From positions 1-64,000 of the forward strand of contig CDMY01000379.1 in the NCBI GenBank assembly GCA_001179505.1: a stretch of DNA of 64,000 nt, read 5' to 3'. The translations under genes and the position numbers were made by a program. This stretch comes from Vitrella brassicaformis CCMP3155. Its lineage: Eukaryota > Protista > Chromerida. A model generated the notes under the pieces. It searched no databases. It was not told where the DNA came from and worked only from the letters and a program-made list of their open reading frames with translations. Below are positions 61,958 to 64,000 of this stretch, piece by piece. Within the stretch, counting starts at the first letter, position 1. Every line of letters starts with the position of its first letter.

Positions 61958-64000
61958 TCACAAATAGACATGCTTGGTGGCTGTGATGGCCTGTCGGCAC
62001 CGGGTGCACAGTCGTTGGCCTACCGGGCGGCGCATCAAGGCCGCCGCGCAACCACCGCACAAACAGAAGTGACGCTGGATCCGTACATCCACACACAGAA
62101 AGGCGTTCGTGAGAGCGTCTTGTGTGGGTGTGTTGGTGGGGGGGTCGGCTTACACAGGGAATGAGGACGGTATTTTTCTTCTCGGCCATGCAGATGTCGC
62201 ACTCAGTGCTCTCCCGCTCCTCCTGCAGTCTGCAACCAACCAACCAACCACACCGGCCAGGAACGGTCGGTCAATGAACGACAGATAAGGAGGCCGACGA
62301 TCGGCCCTCCGCGCTTAGTTCACCTGTCGTTCTCGCGTTTGATGTCCTCTTTTTCCTTCAGTATGGCCTCGTTCTGCATCCGCATGGCCTCCAGCTGCTG
62401 GCGCAGCGCCTCCAACTCGCTAATGTCCTCACCACACCTGTACCACACAGATGTGTCTGCCCATCTCCCCCCCTTGGCTGCTGTGTCCATCGATGCGCAC
62501 CTCTCCTGACCACCGCGGCCCTCCTTGTCCACCGCCATCTGCAAAGTGCTACTGCTACTGCCCCCCCTGGCTGCCAAGAGGGCAGACCCACCCTCATCAG
62601 ACGCAAAGCTACTGGTGGGTGCTCGTGTGGGCGACGGTCGGGCGGGAGGCTGGGGCGGAGCATTGCTGAGGCCGCCACACACTGATGAGTGCGATGAGGA
62701 GGGGCGAGTCGACTCGGATGAAGACGAACAAGGAAAGACCGATGAGCTGAACACATCAACATCACAGAAATGAACCTGTTGGTCGGCTTTGGTGTTGTGT
62801 CCTTCTCGGCCTTACCTGTCGTTTGGTTTGTCGGCTTTGTCCGTCTGCTGCTGCTGTGCATGGCCGCCCTGTGGTGCTCTGTTGCCGCCCCTGGTGCCCC
62901 TCTTGCTGCGGCCGACTGTGACGAACCCATCGCCCTCACCACCGCCATCCCCCACTCCTTGCTGCCGCCCACCGCCGCCCCGAACCGACCCAGAGGGGCC
63001 GCCAGACACGGCCGACGGCATCGGTGCAGACGATGAGCATGACGGTCGGGGAGGGGAGAGGGGCGACGGGCTGGGAGGACCAGGGAGATGGCCATGACGA
63101 TGCTCTTTCATGTTCTCCTCATGCGGCTCGCTGTGGTCTTCGGGTGTGTCGATGGTGCCACCACCGCTGTCGATCGGCACACACATACCCATGATCGGCT
63201 GAGTGAGGTGAGGCCCTTTTCCCATTTCACCTGGATGATGATGCCGCCTGTTTGGTGCTGTTGGCTCCCTCGCCGCCCTTCTTGGCCTTGGACTTCTTCT
63301 TGCCGCCCTTACTGCTGGTGTTGGTGTTGGTGTCCTTGCCCTTCTGCTGTGTGTCGCTAATGCCCAACTCGGCTGCCAGCAATGCGTCGGCCCGCTCGTT
63401 GGCCGCACTCTCAATCTCGTCAAACAACTCCAACAACTGACACACAACACACAAATTGACATCGACACGGCCTGTGTGAGCCGCCATATGTGGATCATTT
63501 CCCGCCTCCTTGGGCACTGCTATCTGCTGCTGCTGGTGTCCCTTCCGTCGCCCTTTCGGCTGCTGTCCGGCCGCCCGCATGGTCTTGACGGCCTCGTGCT
63601 GCAGGNNNNNNNNNNNNNNNNNNNNNNNNNNNNNNNNNNNNNNNNNNNNNNNNNNNNNNNNNNNNNNNNNNNNNNNNNNNNNNNNNNNNNNNNNNNNNNN
63701 NNNNNNNNNNNNNNNNNNNNNNNNNNNNNNNNNNNNNNNNNNNNNNNNNNNNNNNNNNNNNNNNNNNNNNNNNNNNNNNNNNNNNNNNNNNNNNNNNNNN
63801 NNNNNNNNNNNNNNNNNNNNNNNNNNNNNNNNNNNNNNNNNNNNNNNNNNNNNNNNNNNNNNNNNNNNNNNNNNNNNNNNNNNNNNNNNNNNNNNNNNNN
63901 NNNNNCCCTCCATCCATCCTGACCTTGGCGCGAGCGTCAGTGAGGTCGTCTGTGGCCCCTCCGACGATGTTCGAAAGGCTGGATGCACAGAAGGCGGAAT
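61958..64000 (-). CDS. 3' part of a third paralog (copy Z) with a canonical C3HC4 (IAP/LOG2-type) RING; continues beyond the window
   Basis: Shares ELFDEIESAANERADALLAAELG..KGGKKKSK with copy X. Coiled coil ELEALRQQLEAMRMQNEAILKEKEDIKRE, then CDICMAEKKNTVLIPC|RHFCLCGGCA..LCTRCRQAITATKHVYL-TGA. Confidence 0.7.

Larger units (their letters stand above)
56647..64000. repeat. Tandem segmental repeat of the RING-family gene, period about 4.1 kb
   Basis: 59031-59496 appears identical to 60148-60613. 63906-64000 appears identical to the sequence starting at 59807. 57530-58330 is highly similar to 62800-63605. Confidence 0.85.

Noticed and set aside
1-64000. tRNA, rRNA, snRNA genes, CRISPR arrays, transposase or reverse-transcriptase ORFs
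   Set aside because: No cloverleaf, rRNA or snRNA signature, spaced direct-repeat array or TE protein motif was recognisable by eye.

Overview
Intron-rich, GC-rich eukaryotic genomic DNA with microsatellite-filled introns ((CA)n/(TG)n, (GA)n, (GGAT)n, (CAGA)n) and seven 300-N gaps. A bipartite plastid presequence with +1 Phe, an apicomplexan-type COX4 (Cg8/ApiCOX23-like) and the intron style suggest a chromerid alveolate, most likely Vitrella brassicaformis (inference). Recognisable genes: a plastid-targeted NAD(P)-binding protein, peroxisomal 3-ketoacyl-CoA thiolase, a C69-family peptidase that appears to have lost its catalytic Cys, COX4, RPB5, GOT1, a gamma-type RNAi RdRP, pICln, a PPi-dependent PEPCK, symplekin, Pol alpha subunit B and a tandem family of helical-domain/RING proteins. 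The most unusual items are: a probable fusion gene (beta-hairpin/pore-former-like domain + ricin-B-like lectin + 11 ankyrin repeats, nearly one per phase-0 exon, in an alternating A/B pattern); a decayed chimeric TGS1-like locus with an in-frame TGA next to a protein kinase split across both strands; a shared AGCTCGCA(A/G) motif in several short bidirectional promoters; and fold-back CA...TG microsatellite polarity in introns. All exon models were read by eye and are approximate.
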